Assembly (NCBI RefSeq): GCF_009914755.1
Contig: NC_060947.1
Length of the DNA: 64,000 nucleotides
Reading direction: 5' to 3' (one strand)
Source: the human T2T-CHM13v2.0 reference genome, Homo sapiens
Shown piece after piece: positions 1 through 12,593 of the stretch. The notes under the pieces are model-generated. The model was not told the DNA's origin, searched no databases, and was given only the letters and a program-made list of their open reading frames with translations. The number at the start of each line of letters is the position of its first letter. Position 1 is the first letter of the stretch. The translations under genes were made by a program, and so were the position numbers.

Positions 1-748
1 TGTGAGTTGAATGCAGTCATCGCAGAAAACTTTCTGAGAATGCTTCTGTCTAGGTTTGATGTGAAGATATGGACGTTTCAAACGAAGGCTACAAAGTGGT
101 GAAAATATACACTTGCAGATTCTACTACAAGGGTGTTGCAAACCTGAACTATCAAAGGAAGGTTCAACTCTGTGGGTTGAATACAAACATCACAAAGAAT
201 GTTCTGAGTTTGCTTCCGTTCAGTTATGGGAAGTTGATCCCCTTCCCAACGAAATCCTCAGAGAGGTCCAAATATCCCCTTGCAGATTCTACAAAACGTG
301 TGTTTGGAAACTGCTCCATCATAACGAATGTTCAGCTCTCTGAGTTAAACTCCATCGTCACAAAGAATTTTCTGAGAGTGCTACCGTCTAGTTTTTATAT
401 GAAGTTCTTTCCTTTACTACCACAGGCCTCAAAGCGGTCCAAATCTCCACTTGCAGATTCTACAAAAAGAGTGTCTGCAAACTGCTCTATCAAAAGGAAT
501 GTTCAACTCTGGGAGTTGAATGCAATCATCACAGAGCAGTTTCTGAGAATGCTTCTATGTCGTTTTTAGGAGAAGATATTTCCTATTCCAACACAGTCCT
601 CCAAGCCCGCTAAATAGCCACTTGCACATTGTAGAAAAAGTGTATCGAAGCTGCGCTATCAAAGGGAAAGTTCAACTCTGTGAGGTGAATGCAAACATCC
701 CAAAGAAGTTTCTGAGAATGCTTCCGTTTAGCTTTTACCTGAAGATTA

Positions 749-765
749 TCCCGTTTCCAACGAAA
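749..765 (-). promoter_or_regulatory. CENP-B box with intact 9-nt core; recurs at the same offset in nearly every HOR
   Basis: Plus-strand TCCCGTTTCCAACGAAA = TTTCGTTGGAAACGGGA on the minus strand, matching nTTCGnnnnAnnCGGGn. The variant TCCCGTTTGCAACGAAA (H2-3, H8-16, H24-25, H31) keeps the core. The core is broken in H17 (33629, TCACG). Confidence 0.9.
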
Positions 766-920
766 GCTTCAAAGAGGTCCAAATATCCCCTTGCGGATCC
801 CACAGAAAGAGTGTTTCGAAACTGCTGTTTCAAAAGGAATCTTCAACTCTGTGAGTTGAATGCAATCATCACAAAGAAGTTTCTGACAATGCTTCTCTCT
901 CGTCATTCTGTGAAGAGAAA

Positions 921-961
921 GGAAAAGGCTTTCAGGCCTTTTCCACCACAGGCCTGAAAGC
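921..961. repeat. Overlapping inverted repeats in the 186-bp monomer, present once per HOR
   Basis: GGAAAAGGC (921-929) / GCCTTTTCC (936-944) form a 9-bp stem with a 6-nt loop. GCTTTCAGGCCT (928-939) / AGGCCTGAAAGC (950-961) form a 12-bp stem with a 10-nt loop. Confidence 0.9.
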
Positions 962-1276
962 GCTCCAAATGTCCACTTGCAGATTCTGCCAAAAGAATAT
1001 TTCAAAACTGCTCTATGAAAAGCAATGTTAAACTCTGTGGCTCGAACACAAACATCACAAAGCAGTTTCTGAGAATGCTTCAGTTTAGTTTTTCTGTGGA
1101 AATATTCCCGTTTCCAAAGAAATCTTCAAAGAGGTCCACGTATCCACTTACAGATTCTACAAAAAGACAGTTTCAAAACTGCTCAATCAAAAGGAGGGTT
1201 CAACTGTGTGACTTGAATGCAATCATCACTCAGAACTTTCTGAGAATGCTTCTCTTTAGTTTTTACGTGAACATAT

Positions 1277-1293
1277 ACCCGTTTCGAACGAAG
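1277..1293 (-). promoter_or_regulatory. Second CENP-B box with intact core; recurs per HOR
   Basis: Plus-strand ACCCGTTTCGAACGAAG = CTTCGTTCGAAACGGGT on the minus strand, matching nTTCGnnnnAnnCGGGn. The core is broken at 32100, 36214, 40328 and 54726. Confidence 0.85.
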
Positions 1294-3500
1294 GCCACCC
1301 AGTGGTCCAAATATCCACTTGCAGATTCTACAGAAAGAGTGTTTCGAACCTGAACTCTCAAAGGCAGGTTCATCTCTGCGAGTTAAATGCATTCGTCATG
1401 AAGAACTTTCTCAGCGTGTTTGTGTTTAGTTGTGGGAAATTATTCCTGTTCCCAACGAAATCCTCAGAGAGGTCCAAATGTCCACCTGCAGATTCTACCA
1501 AAAGTGTATTTGGAAACTGCTCCATCAACAGGCATGTTCAGCTCTGTGAGTGAAACTCCATCATCACAAAGAATATTCTGAGAATGCTTCCGTTTGCCTT
1601 TTATATGAAGTTCCTTCCTATACGACCGTAGGCCTCAAAACAGTCCAAATCTCCATTTGCAGATTCTACAAAAAGAGTGATTCCAATCTGCTCTATCAAT
1701 AGGATTGTTCAACTCCATGAGTTGAATGCCATCCTCACAAAGTCGTTTCTGAGAATGCTTCTATCTAGTTTTTATGTGAAGATATTTCCTTTTCCACCAC
1801 AGGCCTCAAAGCCCTTCAAACGTCCACTTGCAGATTCTCGAAAAAGAGTGTTTCATAGCTGCTCTTTCAAAAGGAAAGTTCAACTCTGGGAGTTGAATAC
1901 AAACATCACAAAGTAGTTTCCGAGAATGCTTCTGTTTAGTTTTTATGTGAAGATGATCTCGTTTCCAGTGAAATCTTCAAAGAGGTCCACATATCCCCTT
2001 GCAGATTCCAAAGAAAGAGGGTTTCAAAACTGCTCCATCAAAAGGATTGTTCAACTCTGTGAGTTGAATGCAGTCATCACAGAAAACTTTCTGAGAATGC
2101 TTCTGTCTAGGTTTGATGTGAAGATATAGACCTTTCAAACGAAGGCTACAAAGTGGTCAAAATATACACTTGCAGATTGTACTACAAGGGTGTTGCAAAC
2201 CTGAACTATCAAAGCAAGGTTCAACTCTGTGAGTTGAATACAAACATCACAAAGAATGTTCTGAGTTTGCTTCCGTTCAGTTATGGGAAGTTGATACCGT
2301 TCCCAACGAAATCCTCAGAGAGGTCCAAATATCCCCTTGCAGATTCTACAAAACGTGTGTTTGGAAACTGCTCCATCATAACGAATGTTCAGCTCTCTGA
2401 GTTAAACTCCATCCTCACAAAGAATTTTCTGAGAGTGCTACCGTCTAGTTTTTATATGAAGTTCTTTCCTTTACTACCACAGGCCTCAAAGCGGTCCAAA
2501 TCTCCACTTCCAGATTCTACAAAAAGAGTGTCTGCAAACTGCTCTAAAAAAAGGAATGCTCAACTCAGGGAGTTGAATGCAATCATCACAGAGCAGTTTC
2601 TGAGAAGGCTTCTATGTCGTTTTTAGGAAAAGATATTTCCTTTTCCAACACAGTCCTCCAAGCCCACTAAATATCCACTTGCACATTGTAGAAAAAGTGT
2701 GTCGAAGCTGCGCTATCAAAAGGAAAGTTCAACTCTGTGAGGTGAATGCAAACATCCCAAAGAAGTTTCTGAGAATGCTTCCGTTTAGCTTTTAGGTGAA
2801 GATTATCCCGTTTGCAACGAAATCTTCAAAGAGGTCCAAATATCCCCTTGCGGATCTCACAGAAAGAGTGTTTCGAAACTGCTGTTTCAAAAGGAATCTT
2901 CAACTCTGTGAGTTGAATGCAATCATCACAAAGAGGTTTCTGACAATGCTTCTCTCTCGTCTTTCTGTGAAGATAAAGGAAAAGGCTTTCAGGCCTTTTC
3001 CACCACAGGCCTGAAAGCGCTCCAAATGTCCACTTGCAGATTCTGCCAAAAGAATATTTCAAAACTGCTCTATGAAAAGCAATGTTAAACTCTGCGGCTC
3101 GAACACAAACATCACAAAGCAGTTTCTGAGAATGCTTCAGTTTAGTTTTTCTGTGGAAATATTCCCGTTTCCAAAGAAATCTTCAAAGAGGTCCACGTAT
3201 CCACTTACAGATTCTACAAAAAGACAGTTTCAAAACTGCTCAATCAAAAGGAGGGTTCAACTGTGTGACTTGAATGCAATCATCACTCAGAACTTTCTGA
3301 GAATGCTTCTCTTTAGTTTTTACGTGAACATATACCCGTTTCGAACGAAGGCCACCCAGTGGTCCAAATATCCACTTGCAGATTCTACAGAAAGAGTGTT
3401 TCGAACCTGAACTCTCAAAGGCAGGTTCATCTCTGCGAGTTAAATGCATTCGTCATGAAGAACTTTCTCAGCGTGTTTGTGTTTAGTTATGGGAAATTAT

Positions 3501-3517
3501 TCCCGTTCCCAACGAAA
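3501..3517 (-). promoter_or_regulatory. Degenerate CENP-B box (core A10>G) typical of both W3-type monomers in this array
   Basis: TCCCGTTCCCAACGAAA = TTTCGTTGGGAACGGGA on the minus strand, with G at core position 10. The same 17-mer is in the paralogous monomer at 4352-4368. Confidence 0.8.
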
Positions 3518-6500
3518 TCCTCAGAGAGGTCCAAATGTCCACCTGCAGATTCTACCAAAAGTGTATTTGGAAACTGCTCCATCAACAGGCATATTCAGCT
3601 CTGTGAGTGAAACTCCATCATCACAAAGAATATTCTGAGAATGCTTCCGTTTGCCTTTTATATGAAGTTCCTTCCTATACGACCGTAGGCCTCAAAGCAG
3701 TCCAAATCTCCATTTGCAGATTCTACAAAAAGAGTGATTCCAATCTGCTCTATCAATAGGATTGTTCAACTCCATGAGTTGAATGCCATCCTCACAAAGT
3801 CGTTTCTGAGAATGCTTCTATCTAGTTTTTATGAGAAGATATTTCCTTTTCCACCACAGGCCTCAAAGCCCTCCAAACGTCCACTTGCAGACTCTCGAAA
3901 AAGAGTGTTTCATAGCTGCTCTTTCAAAAGGAAAGTTCAACTCTGGGAGTTGAATACAAACATCACAAAGTAGTTTCCGAGAATGCTTCTGTTTAGTTTT
4001 TATGTGAAGATGATCCCGTTTCCAGGGAAATCTTCAAAGAGGTCCACATATCCCCTTGCAGATTCCAAAGAAAGAGGGTTTCAAAACTGCTCCATCAAAA
4101 GGATTCTTCAACTCTGTGAGTTGAATGCAGTCATCACAGAAAACTTTCTGAGAATGCTTCTGTCTAGGTTTGATGTGAAGATATAGACCTTTCAAACGAA
4201 GGCTACAAAGTGGTCAAAATATACACTTGCAGATTGTACTACAAGGGTGTTGCAAACCTGAACTATCAAAGGAAGGTTCAACTCTGTGAGTTGAATACAA
4301 ACATCACAAAGAATGTTCTGAGTTTGCTTCCGTTCAGTTATGGGAAGTTGATCCCGTTCCCAACGAAATCCTCAGAGAGGTCCAAATATCCCCTTGCAGA
4401 TTCTACAAAACGTGTGTTTGGAAACTGCTCCATCATAACGAATGTTCAGCTCTCTGAGTTAAACTCCATCGTCACAAAGAATTTTCTGAGAGTGCTACCG
4501 TCTAGTTTTTATATGAAGTTCTTTCCTTTACTACCACAGGCCTCAAAGCGGTCCAAATCTCCACTTGCAGATTCTACAAAAAGAGTGTCTGCAAACTGCT
4601 CTAAAAAAAGGAATGCTCAACTCTGGGAGTTGAATGCAATCATCACAGAGCAGTTTCTGAGAAGGCTTCTATGTCGTTTTTAGGAAAAGATATTTCCTTT
4701 TCCAACACAGTCCTCCAAGCCCACTAAATATCCACTTGCACATTGTAGAAAAAGTGTGTCGAAGCTGCGCTATCAAAAGGAAAGTTCAACTCTGTGAGGT
4801 GAATGCAAACATCCCAAAGAAGTTTCTGAGAATGCTTCCGTTTAGCTTTTAGGTGAAGATTATCCCGTTTGCAACGAAACCTTCAAAGAGGTCCAAATAT
4901 CCCCTTGCGGATCTCACAGAAAGAGTGTTTCGAAACTGCTGTTTCAAAAGGAATCTTCAACTCTGTGAGTTGAATGCAATCATCACAAAGAGGTTTCTGA
5001 CAATGCTTCTCTCTCGTCTTTCTGTGAAGATAAAGGAAAAGGCTTTCAGGCCTTTTCCACCACAGGCCTGAAAGCGCTCCAAATGTCCACTTGCAGATTC
5101 TGCCAAAAGAATATTTCAAAACTGCTCTATGAAAAGCAATGTTAAACTCTGCGGCTCGAACACAAACATCACAAAGCAGTTTCTGAGAATGCTTCAGTTT
5201 AGTTTTTCTGTGGAAATATTCCCGTTTCCAAAGAAATCTTCAAAGAGGTCCACGTATCCACTTACAGATTCTACAAAAAGACAGTTTCAAAACTGCTCAA
5301 TCAAAAGGAGGGTTCAACTGTGTGACTTGAATGCAATCATCACTCAGAACTTTCTGAGAGTGCTTCTCCTTAGTTTTTACATGAACATATACCCGTTTCG
5401 AACGAAGGCCACCCAGTGGTCCAAATATCCACTTGCAGATTCTACAGAAAGAGTGTTTTGAACCTGAACTCTCAAAGGCAGGTTCATCTCTGCGAGTTAA
5501 ATGCATTCGTCATGAAGAACTTTCTCAGCGTGTTTGTGTTTAGTTATGGGAAATTATTCCCGTTCCCAACGAAATCCTCAGAGAGGTCCAAATGTCCACC
5601 TGCAGATTCTACCAAAAGTGTATTTGGAAACTGCTCCATCAACAGGCATGTTCAGCTCTGTGAGTGAAACTCCGTCATCACAAAGAATATTCTGAGAATG
5701 CTTCCGTTTGCCTTTTATATGAAGTTCCTTCCTATACGACCGTAGGCCTCAAAGCAGTCCAAATCTCCATTTGCAGATTCTACAAAAAGAGTGATTCCAA
5801 TCTGCTGTATCAATAGGATTGTTCAACTCCATGAGTTGAATGCCATCCTCACAAAGTCGTTTCTGAGAATGCTTCTATCTAGTTTTTATGTGAAGATATT
5901 TCCTTTTCCACCACAGGCCTCAAAGCCCTCCAAACGTCCACTTGCAGATTCTCGAAAAAGAGTGTTTCATAGCTGCTCTTTCAAAAGGAAAGTTCAACTC
6001 TGGGAGTTGAATACAAACATCACAAAGTAGTTTCCGAGAATGCTTCTGTTTAGTTTTTATGTGAAGATGATCCCGTTTCCAGTGAAATCTTCAAAGAGGT
6101 CCACATATCCCCTTGCAGATTCCAAAGAAAGAGGGTTTCAAAACTGCTCCATCAAAAGGATTGTTCAACTCTGTGAGTTGAATGCAGTCATCGCAGAAAA
6201 CTTTCTGAGAATGCTTCTGTCTAGGTTTGATGTGAAGATATAGACGTTTCAAACGAAGGCTACAAAGTGGTCAAAATCTACACTTGCAGATTGTACTACA
6301 AGGGTGTTGCACACCTGAACTATCAAAGGAAGGTTCAACCCTGTGGGTTGAATACAAACATCGCAAAGAATGTTCTGAGTTTGCTTCCGTTCAGTTATGG
6401 GAAGTTGATCCCATTCCCAACGAAATCCTCAGAGAGGTCCAAATATCCCCTTGCAGATTCTACAAAACGTGTGTTTGGAAACTGCTCCATCATAACGAAT

Positions 6501-9500
6501 GTTCAGCTCTCTGAGTTGAACTCCATCGTCACAAAGAATTTTCTGAGAGTGCTACCGTCTAGTTTTTATATGAAGTTCTTTCCTTTACTACCACAGGCAT
6601 CAAAGCAGTCCAAATCTCCACTTGCAGATTCTACAAAAAGAGTGTTTGCAAACTGCTCTATCAAAAGGAATGTTCAACTCTGGGAGTTGAATGCAATCAT
6701 CACAGAGCAGTTTCTGAGAAGGCTTCTATGTCGTTTTTAGGAAAACATATTTCCTTTTCCAACACAGTCCTCCAAGCCCGCTAAATATCCACTTGCACAT
6801 TGTAGAAAAAGTGTGTCGAAGCTGCGCTATCAAAGGGAAAGTTTAACTCTGTGAGGTGAATGCAAACATCCCAAAGAAGTTTCTGAGAATGCTTCCGTTT
6901 AGCTTTTAGGTGAAGATTATCCCGTTTCCAACGAAATCTTCAAAGAGGTGCAAATATCCCCTTGCGGATCCCACAGAAAGAGTGTTTCGAAACTGCTGTT
7001 TCAAAAGGAATCTTCAACTCTGTGAGTTGAATGCAATCATCACAAAGAAGTTTCTGACAATGCTTCTCTCTCGTCTTTCTGTGAAGATAAAGGAAAAGGC
7101 TTTCAGGCCATTTCCACCACAGGCCTGAAAGCGCTCCACATGTCCACTTGCAGATTCTGCCAAAAGAATATTTCAAAACTGCTCTATGAAAAGCAATGTT
7201 AAACTCTGCGGCTCGAACACAAACATCACAAAGCAGTTTCTGAGAATGCTTCAGTTTAGTTTTTCTGTGGAAATATTCCCGTTTCCAAAGAAATCTTCAA
7301 AGTGTTCCGCGTATCCACTTACAGATTCTACAAAAAGACAGTTTCAAAACTGCTCAATCAAAAGGAGGGTTCAACTGTGTGACTTGAATGCAATCATCAC
7401 TCAGCAGTTTCTGAGAATGCTTCTCTTTAGTTTTTACGTGAACATATACCCGTTTCGAACGAAGGCCACCCAGTGGTCCAAATATCCACTTGCAGATTCT
7501 ACAGAAAGAGTGTTTCGAACCTGAACTCTCAAAGGCAGGTTCATCTCTGCGAGTTAAATGCATTCATCATGAAGAACTTTCTCAGAGTGTTTGTGTTTAG
7601 CTATGGGAAATTATTCCCGTTCCCAACGAAATCCTCAGAGAGGTCCAAATGTCCACCTGCAGATTCTACCAAAAGTGTATTTGGAAACTGCTCCATCAAC
7701 AGGCATGTTCAGCTCTGTGAGTGAAACTCCATCATCACAAAGAATATTCTGAGAATGCTTCCGTTTGCCTTTTATATGAAGTTCCTTCCTATACGACCGT
7801 AGGCCTCAAAGCAGTCCAAATCTCCATTTGCAGATTCTACAAAAAGAGTGATTCCAATCTGCTCTATCAATAGGATTGTTCAACTCCATGAGTTGAATGC
7901 CATCCTCACAAAGTCGTTTCTGAGAATGCTTCTATCTAGTTTTTATGTGAAGATATTTCCTTTTCCACCACAGGCCTCAAAGCCCTCCAAACGTCCACTT
8001 GCAGATTCTCGAAAAAGAGTGTTTCATAGCTGCTCTTTCAAAAGGAAAGTTCAACTCTGGGAGTTGAATACAAACATCACAAAGTAGTTTCCGAGAATGC
8101 TTCTGTTTAGTTTTTATGTGAAGATGATCTCGTTTCCAGTGAAATCTTCAAAGAGGTCCACATATCCCCTTGCAGATTCCAAAGAAAGAGGGTTTCAAAA
8201 CTGCTCCATCAAAAGGATTGTTCAACTCTGTGAGTTGAATGCAGTCATCACAGAAAACTTTCTGAGAATGCTTCTGTCTATGTTTGATGTGAAGATATAG
8301 ACGTTTCAAACGAAGGCTACAAAGTGGTCAAAATATACACTTGCAGATTCTACTACAAGGGTGTTGCAAACCTGAACTATCAAAGGAAGGTTCAACTCTG
8401 TGAGTTGAATACAAACATCACAAAAAATGTTCTGAGTTTGCTTCCGTTCAGTTATGGGAAGTTGATCCCGTTCCCAACGAAATCCTCAGAGAGGTCCAAA
8501 TATCCCCTTGCAGATTCTACAAAACGTGTTTGGAAACTGCTCCATCATAACGAATGTTCAGCTCTCTGAGTTGAACTCCATCGTCACAAAGAATTTTCTG
8601 AGAGTGCTACCGTCTAGTTTTTATATGAAGTTCTTTCCTTTACTACCACAGGCATCAAAGCGGTCCAAATCTCCACTTGCAGATTCTACAAAAAGAGTGT
8701 CTGCAAACTGCTCTATCAAAAGGAATGTTCAACTCTGGGAGTTGAATGCAATCATCACAGAGCAGTTTCTGAGAATGCTTCTATGTCGTTTTTAGGAGAA
8801 GATATTTCCTTTTCCAACACAGTCCTCCAAGCCCGCTAAATATCCACTTGCACATTGCAGAAAAAGTGTGTCGAAGCTGCGCTATCAAAGGGAAAGTTCA
8901 ACTCTGTGAGGTGAATGCAAACATCCCAAAGAAGTTTCTGAGAATGCTTCCGTTTAGCTTTTAGTTGAATATTATCCCGTTTCCAACGAAATCTTCAAAG
9001 AGGTCCAAATATCCCCTTGCGGATCCCACAGAAAGAGTGTTTCGAAACTGCTGTTTCAAAAGGAATCTTCAACTCTGTGAGTTGAATGCAATCATCACAA
9101 AGAAGTTTCTGACAATGCTTCTCTCTCGTCTTTCTGTGAAGATAAAGGAAAAGGCTTTCAGGCCTTTTCCACCACAGGCCTGAAAGCGCTCCAAATGTCC
9201 ACTTGCAGATTCTGCCAAAAGAATATTTCAAAACTGCTCTATGAAAAGCAATGTTAAACTCTGTGGCTCAAACACAAACATCACAAAGCGGTCTCTGAGA
9301 ATGCTTCAGTTTAGCTTTTCTGTGGAAATATTCCCGTTTCCAAAGAAATCTTCAAAGAGGTCCACGTATCCACTTACAGATTCTACAAAAAGACAGTTTC
9401 AAAACTGCTCAATCAAAAGGAGGGTTCAACTGTGTGACTTGAATGCAATCATCACTCAGAACTTTCTGAGAATGCTTCTCTTTAGTTTTTACGTGAACAT

Positions 9501-12500
9501 ATACCCGTTTCGAACGAAGGCCACCCAGTGGTCCAAATATCCACTTGCAGATTCTACAGAAAGAGTGTTTCGAACCTGAACTCTCAAAGGCAGGTTCATC
9601 TCTGCGAGTTAAATGCATTCGTCATGAAGAACATTCTCAGCGTGTTTGTGTTTAGTTATGGGAAATTATTCCCGTTCCCAACGAAATCCTCAGAGAGGTC
9701 CAAATGTCCACCTGCAGATTCTACCAAAAGTGTATTTGGAAACTGCTCCATCAACAGGCATGTTCAGCTCTGTGAGTGAAACTCCATCATCACAAGAATA
9801 TTCTGAGAATGCTTCCGTTTGCCTTTTATATGAAGTTCCTTCCTATACGACCGTAGGCCTCAAAGCAGTCCAAATCTCCATTTGCAGATTCTACAAAAAG
9901 AGTGATTCCAATCTGCTCTATCAATAGGATTGTTCAACTCCATGAGTTGAATGCCATCCTCACAAAGTCGTTTCTGAGAATGCTTCTATCTAGTTTTTAT
10001 GTGAAGATATTTCCTTTTCCACCACAGGCCTCAAAGCCCTCCAAACGTCCACTTGCAGATTCTCGAAAAAGAGTGTTTCATAGCTGCTCTTTCAAAAGGA
10101 AAGTTCAACTCTGGGAGTTGAATACAAACATCACAAAGTAGTTTCCGAGAATGCTTCTGTTTAGTTTTTATGTGAAGATGATCCCGTTTCCAGTGAAATC
10201 TTCAAAGAGGTCGACATATCCCCTTGCAGATTCCAAAGAAAGAGGGTTTCAAAACTGCTCCATCAAAAGGATTGTTCAACTCTGTGAGTTGAATGCAGTC
10301 ATCGCAGAAAACTTTCTGAGAATGGTTCTGTCTAGGTTTGATGTGAAGATATAGACGTTTCAAACGAAGGCTACAAAGTGGTCAAAATATACACTTGCAG
10401 ATTGTACTACAAGGGTGTTGCAAACCTGAACTATCAAAGGAAGGTTCAACTCTGTGGGTTGAATACAAACATCGCAAAGAATGTTCTGAGTTTGCTTCCG
10501 TTCAGTTATGGGAAGTTGATCCCGTTCCCAACGAAATCCTCAGAGAGGTCCAAATATCCCCTTGCAGATTCTACAAAACGTGTGTTTGGAAACTGCTCCA
10601 TCATAACGAATGTTCAGCTCTCTGAGTTGAACTCCATCGTCACAAAGAATTTTCTGAGAGTGCTACCGTCTAGTTTTTATATGAAGTTCTTTCCTTTACT
10701 ACCACAGGCATCAAAGCGGTCCAAATCTCCACTTGCAGATTCTACAAAAAGAGTGTCTGCAAACTGCTCTATCAAAAGGAATGTTCAACTCTGGGAGTTG
10801 AATGCAATCATCACAGAGCAGTTTCTGAGAATGCTTCTATGTCGTTTTTAGGAGAAGATATTTCCTTTTCCAACACAGTCCTCCAAGCCCGCTAAATATC
10901 CACTTGCACATTGTAGAAAAAGTGTGTCGAAGCTGCGCTATCAAAGGGAAAGTTCAACTCTGTGAGGTGAATGCAAACATCCCAAAGAAGTTTCTGAGAA
11001 TGCTTCCGTTTAGCTTTTAGTTGAAGATTATCCCGTTTCCAACGAAATCTTCAAAGAGGTCCAAATATCCCCTTGCGGATCCCACAGAAAGAGTGTTTCG
11101 AAACTGCTGTTTCAAAAGGAATCTTCAACTCTGTGAGTTGAATGCAATCATCACAAAGAAGTTTCTAACAATGCTTCTCTCTCGTCTTTCTGTGAAGATA
11201 AAGGAAAAGGCTTTCAGGCCTTTTCCACCACAGGCCTGAAAGCGCTCCAAATGTCCACTTGCAGATTCTGCCAAAAGAATATTTCAAAACTGCTCTATGA
11301 AAAGCAATGTTAAACTCTGCGGCTCGAACACAAACATCACAAAGCAGTTTCTGAGAATGCTTCAGTTTAGTTTTTCTGTGGAAATATTCCCGTTTCCAAA
11401 GAAATCTTCAAAGAGTTCCGCGTATCCACTTACAGATTCTACAAAAAGACAGTTTCAAAACTGCTCAATCAAAAGGAGGGTTCAACTGTGTGACTTGAAT
11501 GCAATCATCACTCAGAAGTTTCTGAGAATGCTTCTCTTTAGTTTTTACGTGAACATATACCCGTTTCGAACGAAGGCCACCCAGTGGTCAAAATATCCAC
11601 TTGCAGATTCTACAGAAAGAGTGTTTCGAACCTGAACTCTCAAAGGCAGGTTCATGTCTGCGAGTTAAATGCATTCATCATGAAGAACTTTCTCAGCGTG
11701 TTTGTGTTTAGTTATGGGAAATTATTCCCGTTCCCAAAGAAATCCTCAGAGAGGTCCAAATGTCCACCTGCAGATTCTACCAAAAGTGTATTTGGAAACT
11801 GCTCCATCAACAGGCATGTTCAGCTCTGTGAGTGAAACTCCATCATCACAAAGAATATTCTGTGAATGCTTCCGTTTGCCTTTTATATGAAGTTCCTTCC
11901 TATACGACCGTAGGCCTCAAAGCAGTCCAAATCTCCATTTGCAGATTCTACAAAAAGAGGGATTCCAATCTGCTGTATCAATAGGATTCTTCAACTCCAT
12001 GAGTTGAATGCCATCCTCACAAAGTCGTTTCTGAGAATGCTTCTATCTAGTTTTTATGTGAAGATATTTCCTTTTCCACCACAGCCCTCAAACCCCTCCA
12101 AACGTCCACTTGCAGATTCTCGAAAAAGAGTGTTTCATAGCTGCTCTTTCAAAAGGAAAGTTCAACTCTGGGAGTTGAATACAAACATCACAAAGTAGTT
12201 TCTGAGAATGCTTCTGTTTAGTTTTTATGTGAAGATGATCCCGTTTCCAGTGAAATCTTCAAAGAGGTCCACATATCCCCTTGCAGATTCCAAAGAAAGA
12301 GGGTTTCAAAACTGCTCCATCAAAAGGATTGTTCAACTCTGTGAGTTGAATGCAGTCATCGCAGAAAACTTTCTGAGAATGCTTCTGTCTAGGTTTGATG
12401 TGAAGATATAGACGTTTCAAACGAAGGCTACAAAGTGGTCAAAATATACACTTGCAGATTGTACTACAAGGGTGTTGCAAACCTGAACTATCAAAGGAAG

Positions 12501-12576
12501 GTTCAACTCTGTGGGTTGAATACAAACATCGCAAAGAATGTTCTGAGTTTGCTTCCGTTCAGTTATGGGAAGTTGA

Positions 12577-12593
12577 TCCCGTTTCCAACGAAA
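12577..12593 (-). promoter_or_regulatory. CENP-B box intact at a site that is degenerate in the other HOR copies (H7)
   Basis: TCCCGTTTCCAACGAAA here, versus TCCCGTTCCC, TCCCCTTCCC or TCCCATTCCC in other copies of this monomer. Confidence 0.8.

Larger units (their letters stand above)
115..2171 (-). repeat. One representative HOR unit (12 monomers, 2,057 bp)
   Basis: GCAGAT-equivalent anchors at 115, 282, 453, 624, 793, 979, 1150, 1321, 1488, 1659, 1830, 2001 and 2172 give spacings 167,171,171,169,186,171,171,167,171,171,171,171 = 2,057. Box types are B at ~70, 238, 749, 1106, 1277, 1444, 1957 and A (pJalpha-like TTCCTTTTCCACCACAGG) at ~410, 580, 940, 1615, 1785. This is two BBBAA pentamers plus a BA pair. 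Confidence 0.93.

Noticed and set aside
921-944. Hairpin as a bacterial-type terminator
   Set aside because: Eukaryotic satellite context, no upstream gene and no U-tract after the stem; kept only as a DNA structure observation.
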